A stretch of 64,000 nt of DNA from Phaeosaccion multiseriatum (lineage: Eukaryota > Protista > Ochrophyta, other classes): NCBI GenBank assembly GCA_965112735.1, contig OZ218964.1:868001-932000 (forward strand). The letters run 5' to 3'. The position numbers and the translations under genes are program-made. Positions 43,092 to 55,364 of the stretch are shown in pieces (within the stretch, counting starts at the first letter, position 1; every line of letters starts with the position of its first letter). The notes beneath the pieces are model-generated. The model ran no database searches. It saw only the letters and a program-made list of their open reading frames with translations, and had not been told where the DNA came from.

Positions 43092-44818
43092 GATAGTAGA
43101 GGACAGTGAAGAGAGGGGTGGTAAGTCGGTAAGTCGGTCAGTCGGTCAGCCGGTCAGTCCATGTGTGTAGGTGGGAGGGACGGGGGAGGAAGAGGGAGGA
43201 GGAGGGAGGAGCAAGACCATTTGCATGGCTGACTGCGGGTTGAGAGGAAGCAAAAGCACGACCTCCATCCCACCCTCAAGGAGGTGCTCACAGCGCCAGG
43301 GGAGGGGGTTTCCAAAGCACAGACACTAGGCAACCCCCCCCCCCTCTCCAGGCCAGGCGAGAGCCGTGTGGGCCTGACACCAGATACTGGGGATGGAGGG
43401 AAGTGGGCCTACCACCCAACACTTCACACCGGGAACAAATGTCAAATGTCAAGTGTGCGGTACGTGTGTACGTGTACGTACTTCCAGCGGCCGCAGTACG
43501 GGAGGTCTTCAAGCAGACTTGGCAGGCAGTTGCATGTCTTCAGATCGTCCTGTGTCAGCACCAAGCAAGACACGCACACGCACACATCACAGCCACACCC
43601 CACGGACACACACACACGCACAAGCCCACCACGCGCAGAAAGGAGGGGGGAAGGAGATCATCCGTGAGGGGGGAAGGGGACACGGCGTGATGAAAGGTGT
43701 GGTGAACGGGGGAACAGAACGGGAAGAAGCGAGGAGCGAGGAGGAAGGAGAGGGGACACAAGACTACATCGGGGTCCTTTGGGGGGGGGTGGTTCTTGAT
43801 GTCACGCCAAGCGATCACCACAGACCAAACTCGGGAGGAAGGTCGCAGAGGGGAAGAAGGGGAAGAAGAGCCACACACGCCTCAGGCAGGCACACACCTG
43901 CAGCAGGTGAAGAAAAGCGTCATCCAGCTGGAGGTTGTCCTCCGAAAGCGGCTTGACATCCTCCGTGTCCGTCGCCTCAGCTTCGGTGTCGTCCTTCAAG
44001 CCCTTATCCCCCCCTTCCTCCTCCTCCTCCTCATCAGCATCCCCCCCTTCTTCATCACCCTCCTCCTCGCCCTCATCCTCGTCAGCCTCAGCCTCCTCCT
44101 CCGCCTGCTGTCGGCAAAGGGCGATGGCTTCGTTTAGCGCATCTTGGTCGAAGGCCGCCTCCTTCTCTTTGATGATTGTCGAAGCCTTGTCGGTGGGGTT
44201 TTCCGGGTCCATGGGCTTCCCATTCTCCATGACGAACACCGAATCCACCGCATCGCTCAGAGCAGCCTGAATGCAGGGCATGGGACTGCTTTCGTTAACG
44301 CGGCTGAGGTCGGGCTCCTCGGTCATGATGAAGGACAGCAACAACGCATCATCGCCAGAGAGATCCGCGCAGGCGGCGAAATTCTCCGAAGCTTCGAGGC
44401 CGGCCGTGTCCTCCAGCGGCCCGCAGACTCCACCACCTTGAGGAGGAGGGGGGCTTGAACTTTCATTTCTTGCGCGATTCACGGCGCTCGAGTGCTGGAG
44501 GACGAGGGGCTGCTCACTCCCACGACGATTCTTGGCCTCCTGAAAGCAGAGCAAGATAAGATCATGCAAGGTAAGGTAAGCTGGGGTCGTCTCTCTCAAC
44601 CCCCCTCTCTCTCCGTTTCTCTCTCTCTCTCTCTCTGCTCTCTCTCTAGTCCCTGCCGATGATCCCTTGCCTCGACTCTCTCCGCCCAGCCAGCCATACC
44701 TGCTGGCCCGGCATCACAATTGGGGGCGGCGGCCCATGCTCCCCCTGTTCCTCCCCTGCACCTATCATATCTCTCCTTTACGCGCTCTCTGCTATGTCTC
44801 GTCCGCCTTTCACTCAAT
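42162..44818. repeat. Segmental duplication A (paired with 48684-51284)
   Basis: Collinear high identity from CTCTGCCCCTTTGCAGGCCTAG to CCTTTCACTCAATG. Confidence 0.95.
42591..44768 (-). CDS. Hypothetical Cys-containing, acidic, C-terminal TM protein, copy A (4 exons)
   Basis: In-frame exons MIGAG..PGQQ | EAKNRR..LHLLQ | DDLKTCNCLPSLLEDLPYCGRW | NMYSDW..TM LSIAFGLGCGLIIRIAVYLA; splice sites are conserved in the paralog. Confidence 0.6.
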
Positions 44819-45244
44819 GGTGATGAGTTTCTTCGTGAAAAACGAAAAGATGAAGACTCGAGCGAGAACCAAAGAAAGTGAACAAACTGTTAAGAGCTCG
44901 GAGAGAGAGAGAGGGAAGGGGGGAAGCGTAAACGGAAGGAGAGCCGAGAAACGAGAAACAGCCTTGGCTGGTGAAAAACCGAGTTAATTGCTTACGGAGG
45001 AAAGATCTCCTGCTAGGAAAGAACTATCGCACGTGAAGAGGTCAACACGTGCGTACGAGAGCCTATGGGCAGACAGAGCTGCTCAAATAAATGGTTCTTT
45101 TAGCTAATGGTACGGAATGGATTATCCGGAATGCTCCGAGCAGACGGAGCTAAGTCAATGAATCTTCTGTAACTGTACAGGCATGTTCACACGAGCTACT
45201 GGGGGGTGGGCGGACAACACACCCGTTTATCGGCTTCCCGCATG

Positions 45245-45615
45245 GCTTCTCGGGCTCCGGGCTTCTGGCCGCAGGCCAGCGCGGGTTTTTGCGCCGCAGG
45301 CCAGCGGTCTGGGCTTCAGGCTTCTCAGGGGGGCTCGCTCAGCCAAGGGTCGACGGTTAAAATGTATGCGGGCTTGTTGCTTTCGGCCGCAGGTCGCCTC
45401 AGGCTTCTGCTTATCGGGGGGGCAGAGAAGCCCTGCAGGGAGCCGACGTTTAGCGGACAGTCGGCTCCAGGCAGGGCTTCTCGGGCTCCGGGCTTCTGGG
45501 CCATAGCCCCCTCCAGGCTTCGGGCTTCTGGCCGCAGGCCAACGCGGGCTTCTGCGGCCGCAGCCAGGCCAGCGGTCTGGGCTTCAGGCTTCTCAGGGGG
45601 GGGAGGCTTCTCACA
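45245..45615. repeat. GC-rich GGCTTC/GGCC-based complex repeat
   Basis: GGCTTCTCGGGCTCCGGGCTTCTGG and GGCCAGCGGTCTGGGCTTCAGGCTTCTCAGGGGG each occur twice; probably TE-derived. Confidence 0.6.
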
Positions 45616-45994
45616 TAGGGCCTGGCTGGCTGGAGCCGACTGCATTTCCCGCGTGTGGCCGACGCAACCAAGCCGAGTCTGGTTCCCCTTGTACTGGGTG
45701 ACTCCTTGCAAGTCGGGACACGTGTGCTCCTCCTCGCTCTCCCCTCCTCCCGGATGTCCGGTTCCCTCCCTCCCAAACTGGCATCTTGAGGCCATCAAGT
45801 ACGAAATTCAGGAATTATGTCATGGAAATTATAGTTTAAGTGGGTAGGGAGTGGGTTTTTCCCACCTTACAATGCGTGTAGATCCGGCCTTTTCTTTTTG
45901 GCCGAGCAAGCCCGCTGCATTTCCAGTCCATTCACAATTTCCGTTTCTTAGGTGATTCCTATTAAGTCAATAAATTATCGAATCAAAGGTCACT

Positions 45995-48445
45995 TGGGTG
46001 TATGCGCAAAGTTCAGGATTTTGGGATTTGGGATTTTGGCGTGGCAATCCAACATTTTTTTTTGGCAAATCCCGCGAGTCCAAAAGGCAGGATTTGGGAT
46101 TTTTTCCCGCACAGAGGGCGTTTGGCGCGGCAAATCCGGCGAGTCCGTGTTGTTTCCGGGGGGACGGAGCGAGGCAAGCAAAAGGGTAGCGAGGGGGGGA
46201 GGGTTGATGAGTACGCGCAAGTAGCAGAGGAGGGGGGTGCCGCCTGCCTACTTACAATCTGCTCTTTATCCCGGCAGTGGGTGTTCCCTGGCCGCATGGA
46301 CCTCCTGGGGAAAATTTGGGTATTCCTGGAGTAAGAAGGAGGCGCGCATGTTTATACCGTCGACCGCGAGCCCGACCGGAAAAGGAATAAGAAAAGAAAT
46401 TTGAATTTGATGGTGAGAGGGGGCGGGGGGGAGGGGCGGGCGGGCGGGTAGGAGAGGGACAGCAGTAGGTTAGGACAGAATTTGGTGAGGCGGATAACAT
46501 ACAGGTGCTACTCACATTCATCTCCGAGAGCTGTCTTCAGCCTTCTTGGTCAGTTGCTTGTCGTACGTACGACACTGCCGTTGGCTCCCCCAGCCGATTG
46601 ACCCCTGACTTGTCCGCGGCGCAGCCGAGGTGCTATCTGCAATCGGCGGCGCCAGCCGGCGTGCTATCTGCTATCGCCGGTGCCAGCCGACGTGCTATCT
46701 GCTATCGGCCGGCGCGGGGCTCCATAGCATGCTATCGAGACTGCGTCAGGGGTCGACGGCTATTGTTGATTTCGCAAGCAAGCAACAATGGGGCGACAGG
46801 AGGAGGGATGGGAGGGGGGGGAAGGGAGAGAATGAGCCGCAGGCGTGGCGAAGCCGAAGGGAGCGAGATGAAGCAAGTTAGGTTGCGGCGCCTACTTACT
46901 GGCTGGGGAGATGTTCGGTTTCATCAGCATTTCGCTGAGTCTAGGCCAAAACAGTGTGATTTGCTACTCAGGTGATGAGGCACTGGGCTGTGCCAAAGAA
47001 AAGCTAACAAGCAACAGGGGGGGGGGGGGGGGAATACTTGTGGGTTACAGCGGCCAGGGGGGGGGGGGTCGAGCGAAGCCGTAGGAAGCAAGATAACTTA
47101 CGGTGTTGCCTGTGGTCGAAAAAAAAAATAAAAAATAAAAAAATAGGAGAGGGGACGCATCCTCCGGCGGCTTGGAGTTGTCGTCTGGCTGCGGCGTGGC
47201 TGACGGCTTGTCTCCAGGCGGCGCCGTTGCTTGCTGTTGGCCTGCGGTGGTGGCGGGGGTGTCGGGCACAGCAGTCAGGGGCAGCAGGCAGTGCATAGGT
47301 CAGTCACTATCGAAGAAGAACAAAGGGGGAGGAAGAGACAAAGAGGAAGAGTACTACAGTGGAGGCTCCTTGGCTACTCACAAGAACCGCCACACGGCAA
47401 GCAAGTGGCAGAAGGATTGGAGCGAGAGGCATCAAGAACAAGAAAGAACGGAAAAAGAAAGTCAGAGCCACATTAATGCTCCTTGCTCACCGCGGTAAGA
47501 CGTGGCGGCGGCTGTGATGACCACCACCAGGCTCGTGTTGGTGACGGCCGCGAGGACGCCCGCCCGGATTCACACTCTTATGTCCTCCCCCCCCCCCTCG
47601 CCCACCGATCCGACAGGGGATCGGTGGGCGGGGGGGAAATGAGTGTCTTGCTGGCACTGCCGCCTTCTGAGAAAAACTTTCTCACGGGCCGTTTTTTCTC
47701 GAAAGGGCGGCGCTGACGCACACTCCGACGAACGCAGGGGGGGAAAGGCAAGGGGTACTCCTTGACGGAGGGAACAAAAGTCAGGGGGGGGAGAATAATA
47801 AGTTTAAGGGCGTTGGCCCTCCCAAATCCATTTTGGACGCGAAAAGATGGAGCCAAAAGACGGATCCAGGCCAAATCCCCTCCAAGTTTTTTTTTGGATT
47901 TGGATTTTGGAACGAGGCAACGTTTTGAAAGTGCCATACCCTTCCCACGAGCGACCCCTGCTCCACTGGTCACTGAGTTTGATGGTCAAGTACTATCAGC
48001 ACCAGCACACAAGATGGACCAGCTTCGGAAGAAGCAAGGCGCGGGAAAGCGTTAGCTATTCACATCTCAAGCAACGAGTCGATGCCCTTCTTCTTCTTGA
48101 GGCGTGTTCGGTGACCTTCCTCCTGACCCACCCCACGGAGGACCCTGAGCGTACGGAAGGAGGAAGCGGGACCGAAGTTTTTAATTTCTAGCTCCTACTA
48201 CCCGAGACCGCGCTTTCCCGGCCCGGCCGGGTACTACGGAGGGATGTCGGGCTGGACAGCCGGACGTGTGAAGAGTTCTACAGCCTCTTCCGCTTCAGGC
48301 GTCCTGACATACAGGAGGTGATGCCCGTGGATCCCGTGAGTTAGGTGTGTTGCATTTGCTTGCTGGGGCGCTGCTTTCCCAAAAAAAACAAAAAAACAAA
48401 ATCAAAAATCCTAAATCCCAAATCCCGACTTTTCGCATACACCCC
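45995..48445 (+). mobile_element. Decayed PIF/Harbinger-like DNA transposon (about 2.45 kb)
   Basis: About 40-bp imperfect TIRs GGGTGTATGCG(C/A)AAAG..GGATTTGGGATTT; possible ACT 3-bp TSD; disrupted ORF at 48010-48335 with LDSRTCEEFYSLFRFRRPDI, resembling a DDE_Tnp_4 N-terminus. Confidence 0.65.
46598..46756. repeat. Second member of the GACCCCTGAC inverted-repeat family
   Basis: TTGACCCCTGAC...GTCAGGGGTCGA enclosing three ~30-bp units containing GTGCTATCTGC(T/A)ATCG. Confidence 0.7.
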
Positions 48446-48472
48446 ACTACACAAGCCACCTGGCTGACTGGC

Positions 48473-48665
48473 ATATATAATATAATATATAAATATAATA
48501 CAATGCAATTGTATTAATACAATTGTATTAATACAATGCAATTGTATAACATACATAAATATATATATGCATATATACATTTATATATATTATTATATAT
48601 AAACATATATTATTTATAAATAATATATATATGTGCATATATACATTTATATATATTATATATGT
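48473..48665. repeat. AT-rich low-complexity island
   Basis: Very AT-rich, with AATACAATTGTATT palindromes and a duplicated GCATATATACATTTATATATATTA. Confidence 0.8.
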
Positions 48666-48683
48666 AAGTGTGTGTGTCCCTGG

Positions 48684-51284
48684 GCTCTCTCGCGTTCTCT
48701 GCCCCTTTGCAGGCCTAGTCCTCGAAGCTCGCATTGAATGGAGCAAACACTCCACCGCACCAGCGAGCTAAGTCCTTTTGTCAAAGCGCTCCCTTCCCCC
48801 CTTGCCCGGCCCTTCTTTCACAAATGCACGCCATTGACGTCCGCTCATCTTCCGTTGCTCGCTTGTTCACTCGCCCACCATTCACACCACCTCACGCGTT
48901 CTCTCCTCTCTGCCCCGCCCACCCCAGCCAACTTGCTAAAAGCGGCAATACGTTGCCGCCTCCCTGCCTACACCCTTTGTGAGCTTAGGGCGCAGTCTTG
49001 CCTAAGCTGCGTCTCTACGAGCGTCCTCACGTCATTTCTGTGCCGGGGCTGTCTTCAGAGCCCAAGTTAGCGTAGCGCCTTTGTGCTTCCCTGAGGCGAT
49101 GCCGCCGCCCAAAGTGCACGGCAATGCGAAGCATTGTTACGCACCCAATACCAATACCCATCCACAAGTAATGGGTATCCGGCTTTGGGGGCGGCTTGTA
49201 TTTATTCTTGAAGTACTCATCCCCATAATCGGTTAACGGGTTTGGGGTTTGCTGCGGTCGGAATGGTGGTAGCAGTGGTGACGCAGAGGGAGGCGACCCT
49301 CCTCCTGCACCCTGATTGGCCTCGGCCATGGTAGTGGTGCTGAGCGGCGGCGGGATGCTGCTGTCTGTGAGGGGCGGTTGGTCCTCGCCCGTCATCTGCG
49401 AAGTGGACGCGAAGCTCCCGGGCATATCGGACGCTTCGAAGGCGGGGTCGAGAGCACATACCATTAGCGCCACCATGGCCCAATCGCTGTACATGCTGCT
49501 CAGATGGACGAGGGACGAGGGACGATGACAGCAAATGAACAGCAGCAGCAGCAGCAGGAGGAGGAGGATAGTAGAGGACAATGAAGAGCGGGGTGGTAAG
49601 TCGGTCAGTCGGTCAGTCGGTCAGTCGGTCAGTCCATGTGTGTAGGTGGGAGGGACGGGGGAGGAGGAGGGAGGAGCAAGACTGTTTGCATGACTGCGGG
49701 TTGAGAGGAGGCAAAAAGCACGACCTCCATCCCACCCTCAAGGAGGTGCTCACAGTGCCAGGGGAGGGGGTTTCCAAAGCACAGACACTAGGCAACCCCC
49801 CTCCCTCTCCAGGCCAGGCGAGAGCCGTGTGGGCCTGACACCAGATACTGGGGATGGAGGGAAGCGGGCCTACCACCCAACACTTCACACCGGGAACAAA
49901 TGTCAAATGTCAAGTGTGCGGCCGGTAGCCACGTGTGTAGCTACGTGTACGTACTTCCAGCGGCCGCAGTACGGGAGGTCTTCAAGCAGACTTGGCAGGC
50001 AGTTACATGTCTTCAGATCGTCCTGTGCCAGCACCAAGCAAGAAGGGCACACGCACACATCACAGCCACACCCCACGGACACACACACACGCACAAGCCC
50101 ACCACGCGCAGAAAGGAGGGGGGAAGGAGATCATCCGTGAGGGGGGAGGGGGGCACGGCGTGATGAAAGCTGTGGTGAACGGGGGAACGGGAAGAAGCTC
50201 GGAGCGAGGAGGAAGGAGAGGAGGGGACACAAGACTGCATCGAGGGGACACAAGACTGCATCGGGGTCCTTTGGGGGGTGGTGGTTGATGCCACGCCGAT
50301 CACAGACCAAACTCGGGAGGAAGCAAGGTCGCAGAGGGGAAGGAGGTGAAGAAGAGCCACACACGCCTCAGGCAGGCACACACCTCCAGCAGGTGAAGAA
50401 AAGCGTCATCCAGCTGAAGGTTGTCCTCCGAAAGCGGCTTGACATCCTCCGTGTCCGTCGCCTCAGCTTCGGTGTCGTCCTTCAAGCCCTTATCCCCCCC
50501 TTCCTCCTCCTCCTCCTCATCAGCATCCCCCCCTTCTTCATCACCCTCCTCCTCGCCCTCATCCTCGTCAGCCTCAGCCTCCTCCTCCGCCTGCTGTCGG
50601 CAAAGGGCGATGGCTTCGTTTAGCGCATCTTGGTCGAAGGCCGCCTCGTTCTCTTCGATGATTGTCGAAGCCTTGTCGGTGGGGTTTTCCGGGTCCATGG
50701 GCTTCCCATTCTCCGTGACGAACACCGAATCCACCGCATCGCTCAGAGCAGCCTGAATGCAGGGCATGGGACTGCTTTCGGTAACGCGGCTGAGGTCGAG
50801 CCCGGTCATGATGAAGGACAGCAACAACGCATCATCGCCAGAGAGATCCGCGCAGGCGGCGAAATTCTGCGAAGCTTCGAGGCCGGCCGTGTCCTCCAGC
50901 GGCCCGCAGACTCCACCACCTTGAGGAGGAGGGGGGCTTGAACTTTCGTTTCTTGTTGCGCGATTCACGGCGCTCGAGTGCTGGAGGACGAGGGGCTGCT
51001 CACTCCCACCACGACGATTCCCGGGCCGCTGAAAACAGAGCAAGATAAGATGATATCATGCAAGGTAAGGTAAGCTGGGGTCGTCTCTCTCAACCCCCCC
51101 CCCCTCTCTCTCTCTATTCCCTCCCATGATGGATAATCCTCCTTCTCCGCCCATACCTGCTGACCCGGCATCACAATTGGGGGCGGTGGGCCAGCATGCC
51201 CCCCCTGTTTCCCCCCTGCACCCATCATATCTCGCCTTTATTTGCGCGCTCTCTGCTGATGTCTCGTCCGCCTTTCACTCAATG
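48684..51284. repeat. Segmental duplication B
   Basis: Paralog of 42162-44818. Confidence 0.95.
49027..51228 (-). CDS. Hypothetical Cys-containing, acidic, C-terminal TM protein, copy B
   Basis: Same exon layout as copy A; TM YLWMGIGIGCVTMLRIAVHFG; tail ends YANLGSEDSPGTEMT*. Confidence 0.6.
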
Positions 51285-51953
51285 CACACAAAGAAGAAAA
51301 GCCCCACCCCAATTCGGAAAAAAAGGAGGGAAAATTTTCCCGTCGTGAGAGGGGGCGGGGCGCTGGCAATCGCAGATAGCACGCCGACTGGCGGAGCAGC
51401 GATGATAGGCCAGCCGGCCGCATCCTCGCACTCACCACGCACTGGCTGACTCTTCATAACAAAGTGAGTCTCTCACCCACGTACAGCTACGGGCGCACGC
51501 ACTCACATATTCACATATTCACTCGTCACTCGCTCCATCACCAGTCACACACGGTGCCCCCAGTAGCCAGGGCTCGGGGGGGTGAGGGGTGAGCAAGTGG
51601 TAAGAAGGTGCAATCGTGCAAGAGGCCAGGCAGGCCTCTCAGTGACTTGGTAGTGCTCTAGGCCCTTAGTGGCATAGTAGTCCTGGCTTAGGTCAAAGAG
51701 CCCAGCCCTTACAGACTGACTTTGTACTTCTGGCCTAGCTAACTAGTTCACTTGACCGGACTGGCCTGCCCTAACAAGGCCTAGAGCCTCGGCTGTTATG
51801 TCCGCCTATGCCCTCCGCCCCCCCCCCCCCCCGAGTGGTACAATCTCGCGTACCATATGGTTAACGCGTGGTGATGGATCCATAAATAGCATTGCCGCGG
51901 GACAAACTTTCGCGCGCTTCGTATGAGAGAGAGAGAGAAGGACTGACTGCCTA

Positions 51954-52435
51954 TCAGTGAGAGTGGTGGTGGTCACCTCCACCCGAGGATTCCGCAGCTG
52001 CTGACGAGGACCCACCCCCTCCCGCCGACTATAGTGACAACGAAAGAAGGAGGGATGAGGGAGGAGGGGGAAGGAGTGATGGAGGAGAGGGGGAGAAGGG
52101 GGGAGGAGGGAGGAGGGAGAAAGCAGAAGGAAGGAGGAAGGGGGGACGGAGAAGAGGGGGAGAAGGGAGAAGAGGGGGGGAGAAGCAGAGGGGGCAATCA
52201 GAGACGCAGAGAAAGAGGGGATAAACAGAGAAACCCTCGTTTCTCTGACCCAAGCATTGCTTGAAGCATTGCAGCAGGCAGCAGATGGTAATACAGCAGC
52301 AAGAACAGCTGTTGGTGATACAGCCCTCACCATGAGGAGAAGGTTGGTGGCTCTCTGCACGTCGTTACCCGCCTCTCGCAGAGCATCAACGGCGGCTCTT
52401 CTCTCGAAGCCCTGCACGCCGTCCAATCGATCGAT

Positions 52436-52471
<36 letters not shown>

Positions 52472-53013
52472 CATCACAAGACGAAACAGACACAGAAGAC
52501 GGGAGTTGTTCCTTGGTTATCGTACTTCGTGTTAGATGTGAGGGGTGCAGCGCTTCCTCTTGGGGAGAAAGGGAGTGTGCTGTCTGCAAGAATCCTTCCC
52601 AGCAGCAGCCGCAGAAGGAAGGGGAGAGGGAGGAAGGAAGCAGGCAAGGAAGGAAGCAAGCAAGCAAGCAAGGAAGGAAGGAAGGAAAGAAGCAAACACA
52701 CATACGCAAGCACACACGATCTGTCCTCGCACGCACCATGTTGGTCATGGTCTCTATCACTTGGTCCGAGGGAGCCACCGTCTGCCGCTGTACCGCTCCG
52801 CTTGCTTCAGCCCGAGGAAGGGCAGGCCCACTGCCTCGACCATGTCTGCAGTAAGGAGGGCGGGGGGGGTGTTGTTGTTGGTGTTGTGGTGAGTTAGTAT
52901 AGGAGGGAGGGGACAGGTTAGTGTTGTTGTGGTTCGTTGGTATGGGAGAGGGGGGCTCGGTGAGCACAAGGCGAGAGAGAGAGCGCGCGGGACGGAGGGT
53001 ACCAGACTGTAAG

Positions 53014-53044
<31 letters not shown>

Positions 53045-53666
53045 ACAGGCAGGCAGACAGGCAGGAAGGCAGGGATGAGGTAGGCAGGCAGGCACGCACG
53101 CAGGCAGGCAAGGGGTGCCGCAATACATACCCTCCCTGAATCGTGCAATCTGACCTTGTGGGTGACCTTGAAAGTCGGCTGTTGTTTCGCCAGAGGGGGA
53201 GCTCCATACCCGTCCCACCCCTCGATGGTGCCGCCCCCGCTGCCCCCCTTCCCCTTCCTGCTCCCACTCCCACACCCAACCCCCCCCTTGCTGCTGTTGC
53301 TGCTGATGCAGAGGAGCGAGGCCGCGTGCCGAGCAGCGGAAGAAGGCAAAGGGCGCAGCATCGGTTCAAGACCCTGGGCAGGCCAAACTTTTGCCATGAG
53401 AGAACGTCTGAAACGTAAAGGGCGCCAAAAAAGAGCCCACAGCCGCCGGGGACACATGATGCCTTGCCGTCGCAGAGGAGGAGCTGAGCCAGTAGGAGAT
53501 ACACGGGGGTCTTGTTGCTGAAGCTGAGGCCCATGCAGCGAACGAGGTGGAGCTTGGTGGGGGGAATGTACACTGTGGGTGGTGGGGGCGGGGAGAGGGA
53601 GGGGGGGGGAGGGGGGAGAGGAAGAGCAGTAGTTGGTCATGATGATAGTTGGTCATGATGATGACG

Positions 53667-53730
<64 letters not shown>

Positions 53731-54036
53731 GACAGCGGCAGGCGGAGTGGACATGCGAATACGCTGCCCATCTGGACACCAGCTAAGCTGTGCCCGCGAC
53801 ACTGTGACTACCTCCCTTCGTTCCCTCCCCCACACTGGCCCAAGCCGAGCAAGATGGCCCTCAGTGGAAATGCCACACACACATACACATGCATACATAC
53901 ATACATACATACATACATACATAGATACATATCATACATACGTACATACACACTTACATACATGCAGGCATGCACGCATGCCGCTCTCTCGATGGGAACG
54001 GAAACGAGCACACACACACATACATACACACACACG

Positions 54037-54087
<51 letters not shown>

Positions 54088-54094
54088 ACACACA

Positions 54095-54125
<31 letters not shown>

Positions 54126-55215
54126 GCGTGCACACCGTACCGTAATAAACGACGGCCACCGCGAAGCTAAAAGGCAGGGGCCCTGCTGTGAGCCTTGCTG
54201 TGGTGTCGTAGGCATTCGCCGCCGCCAGCACGGGCAGGGCGAGGCTGGTCACGAGCACCAGCAGCGCGCCAAACTTCGCCGTGCCCAGCTGCCGCTCCAC
54301 CTCTCGAAAGCGGTACAGCAGCACCAACCCCAGCAGCAGTTCGCCCATGCCTAACACCAACGTGCATTGCGATTGGAGATGGGTTGGTGGGGGCAGACAA
54401 GGGAGTGAGGAACTTTAAACTATTAATTGACTGATAGGAATCGACCTAAGAGCTACGTATGTGTGCATGTGGGGCAGGGTGGGCTGAGGGTGGATTGAAG
54501 GCGGGCGGGTGGTGTGAAGGTGGGTGGGTTGGGTTGGGGGGAGTTGGTAGTGGGAGTGGATATGGGTTTCCATTTCCTTCCACGTTTACTCACCTGCGAA
54601 GAGAAGCTGGCAGGTCAACAGCCTGTACAGCTGCCTCTCTTCCATCACCCGCCACACGTCTGCTCCAGGAGAGAGGGAAGAGGGGGGAAGAGGGAAGCGC
54701 CGCAACAGAGCGGTAGTAAGCAGGTGCTGGGGAGAGCAGCAAGGGGAAACAACTGGGTGCAAAATTCCCCCTTTCGAAGCGTGAGGGATCTGATGGCCCG
54801 AACGTACTACGCTATCCCCGCAATGGACGAATGCCGGTCCCTGTAGTCCGGTACAGTATCGTTCACGTACCCATGGCCACCCGGTCTGAATTCCCCTGCA
54901 ACCGCGCAATGATGGAGCCTATACTCGTGACCAGCATTAACCCCTTCGAGACCGGGGCATTGGCTGATAGAGAAGAACGAGCGGGAAGAAAGAGGCGAGT
55001 GAGCAGAGGCTGTTTAGGACGAAAGGGAGCATGCTGGTCTGGGTGACGCAAGGGAAGAGAGCAGCAGCAGCGCGTGAAAGGGACGGGGTCGGGGCAAGAG
55101 CGATCCAAGAGCAGATGGGGAGAAGATCGAGAAGGAGAGGGGATGGAAACAACACCAAGTTCCCAAGGGTTAGAAACCATATCCAAGACTCACCGAAGCC
55201 TGTTACGGGCCCCAT
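51954..55215 (-). CDS. UBAC2/Dsc2-like rhomboid pseudoprotease with a C-terminal UBA domain
   Basis: GFANAPVSKGL, QLYRLLTCQLLF, ELLLGLVLLYRFREVERQLGTAKF, FSNKTPVYLLLAQL; UBA: PSDQVIETMTNMGFERRAAVDALREAGNDVQRATNLLL. Confidence 0.88.
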
Positions 55216-55364
55216 AGTTAGCAGAGAGTGGCTACTGCGCTTGCGCTTTGGTCGGCTTCTTCTTGGCTCGCGCTTCCCTCCTGCCTGGAAGAAAAGTATG
55301 TCAACGAACCGAACCGTTGGCTTGGTTCCCCTTTTTTTTTTTTGGACTTCCACCCCTCTTAATC
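55216..55364. promoter_or_regulatory. Putative compact bidirectional promoter
   Basis: Only about 150 bp separates the inferred divergent ATGs (55215 minus, 55365 plus). Confidence 0.45.
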
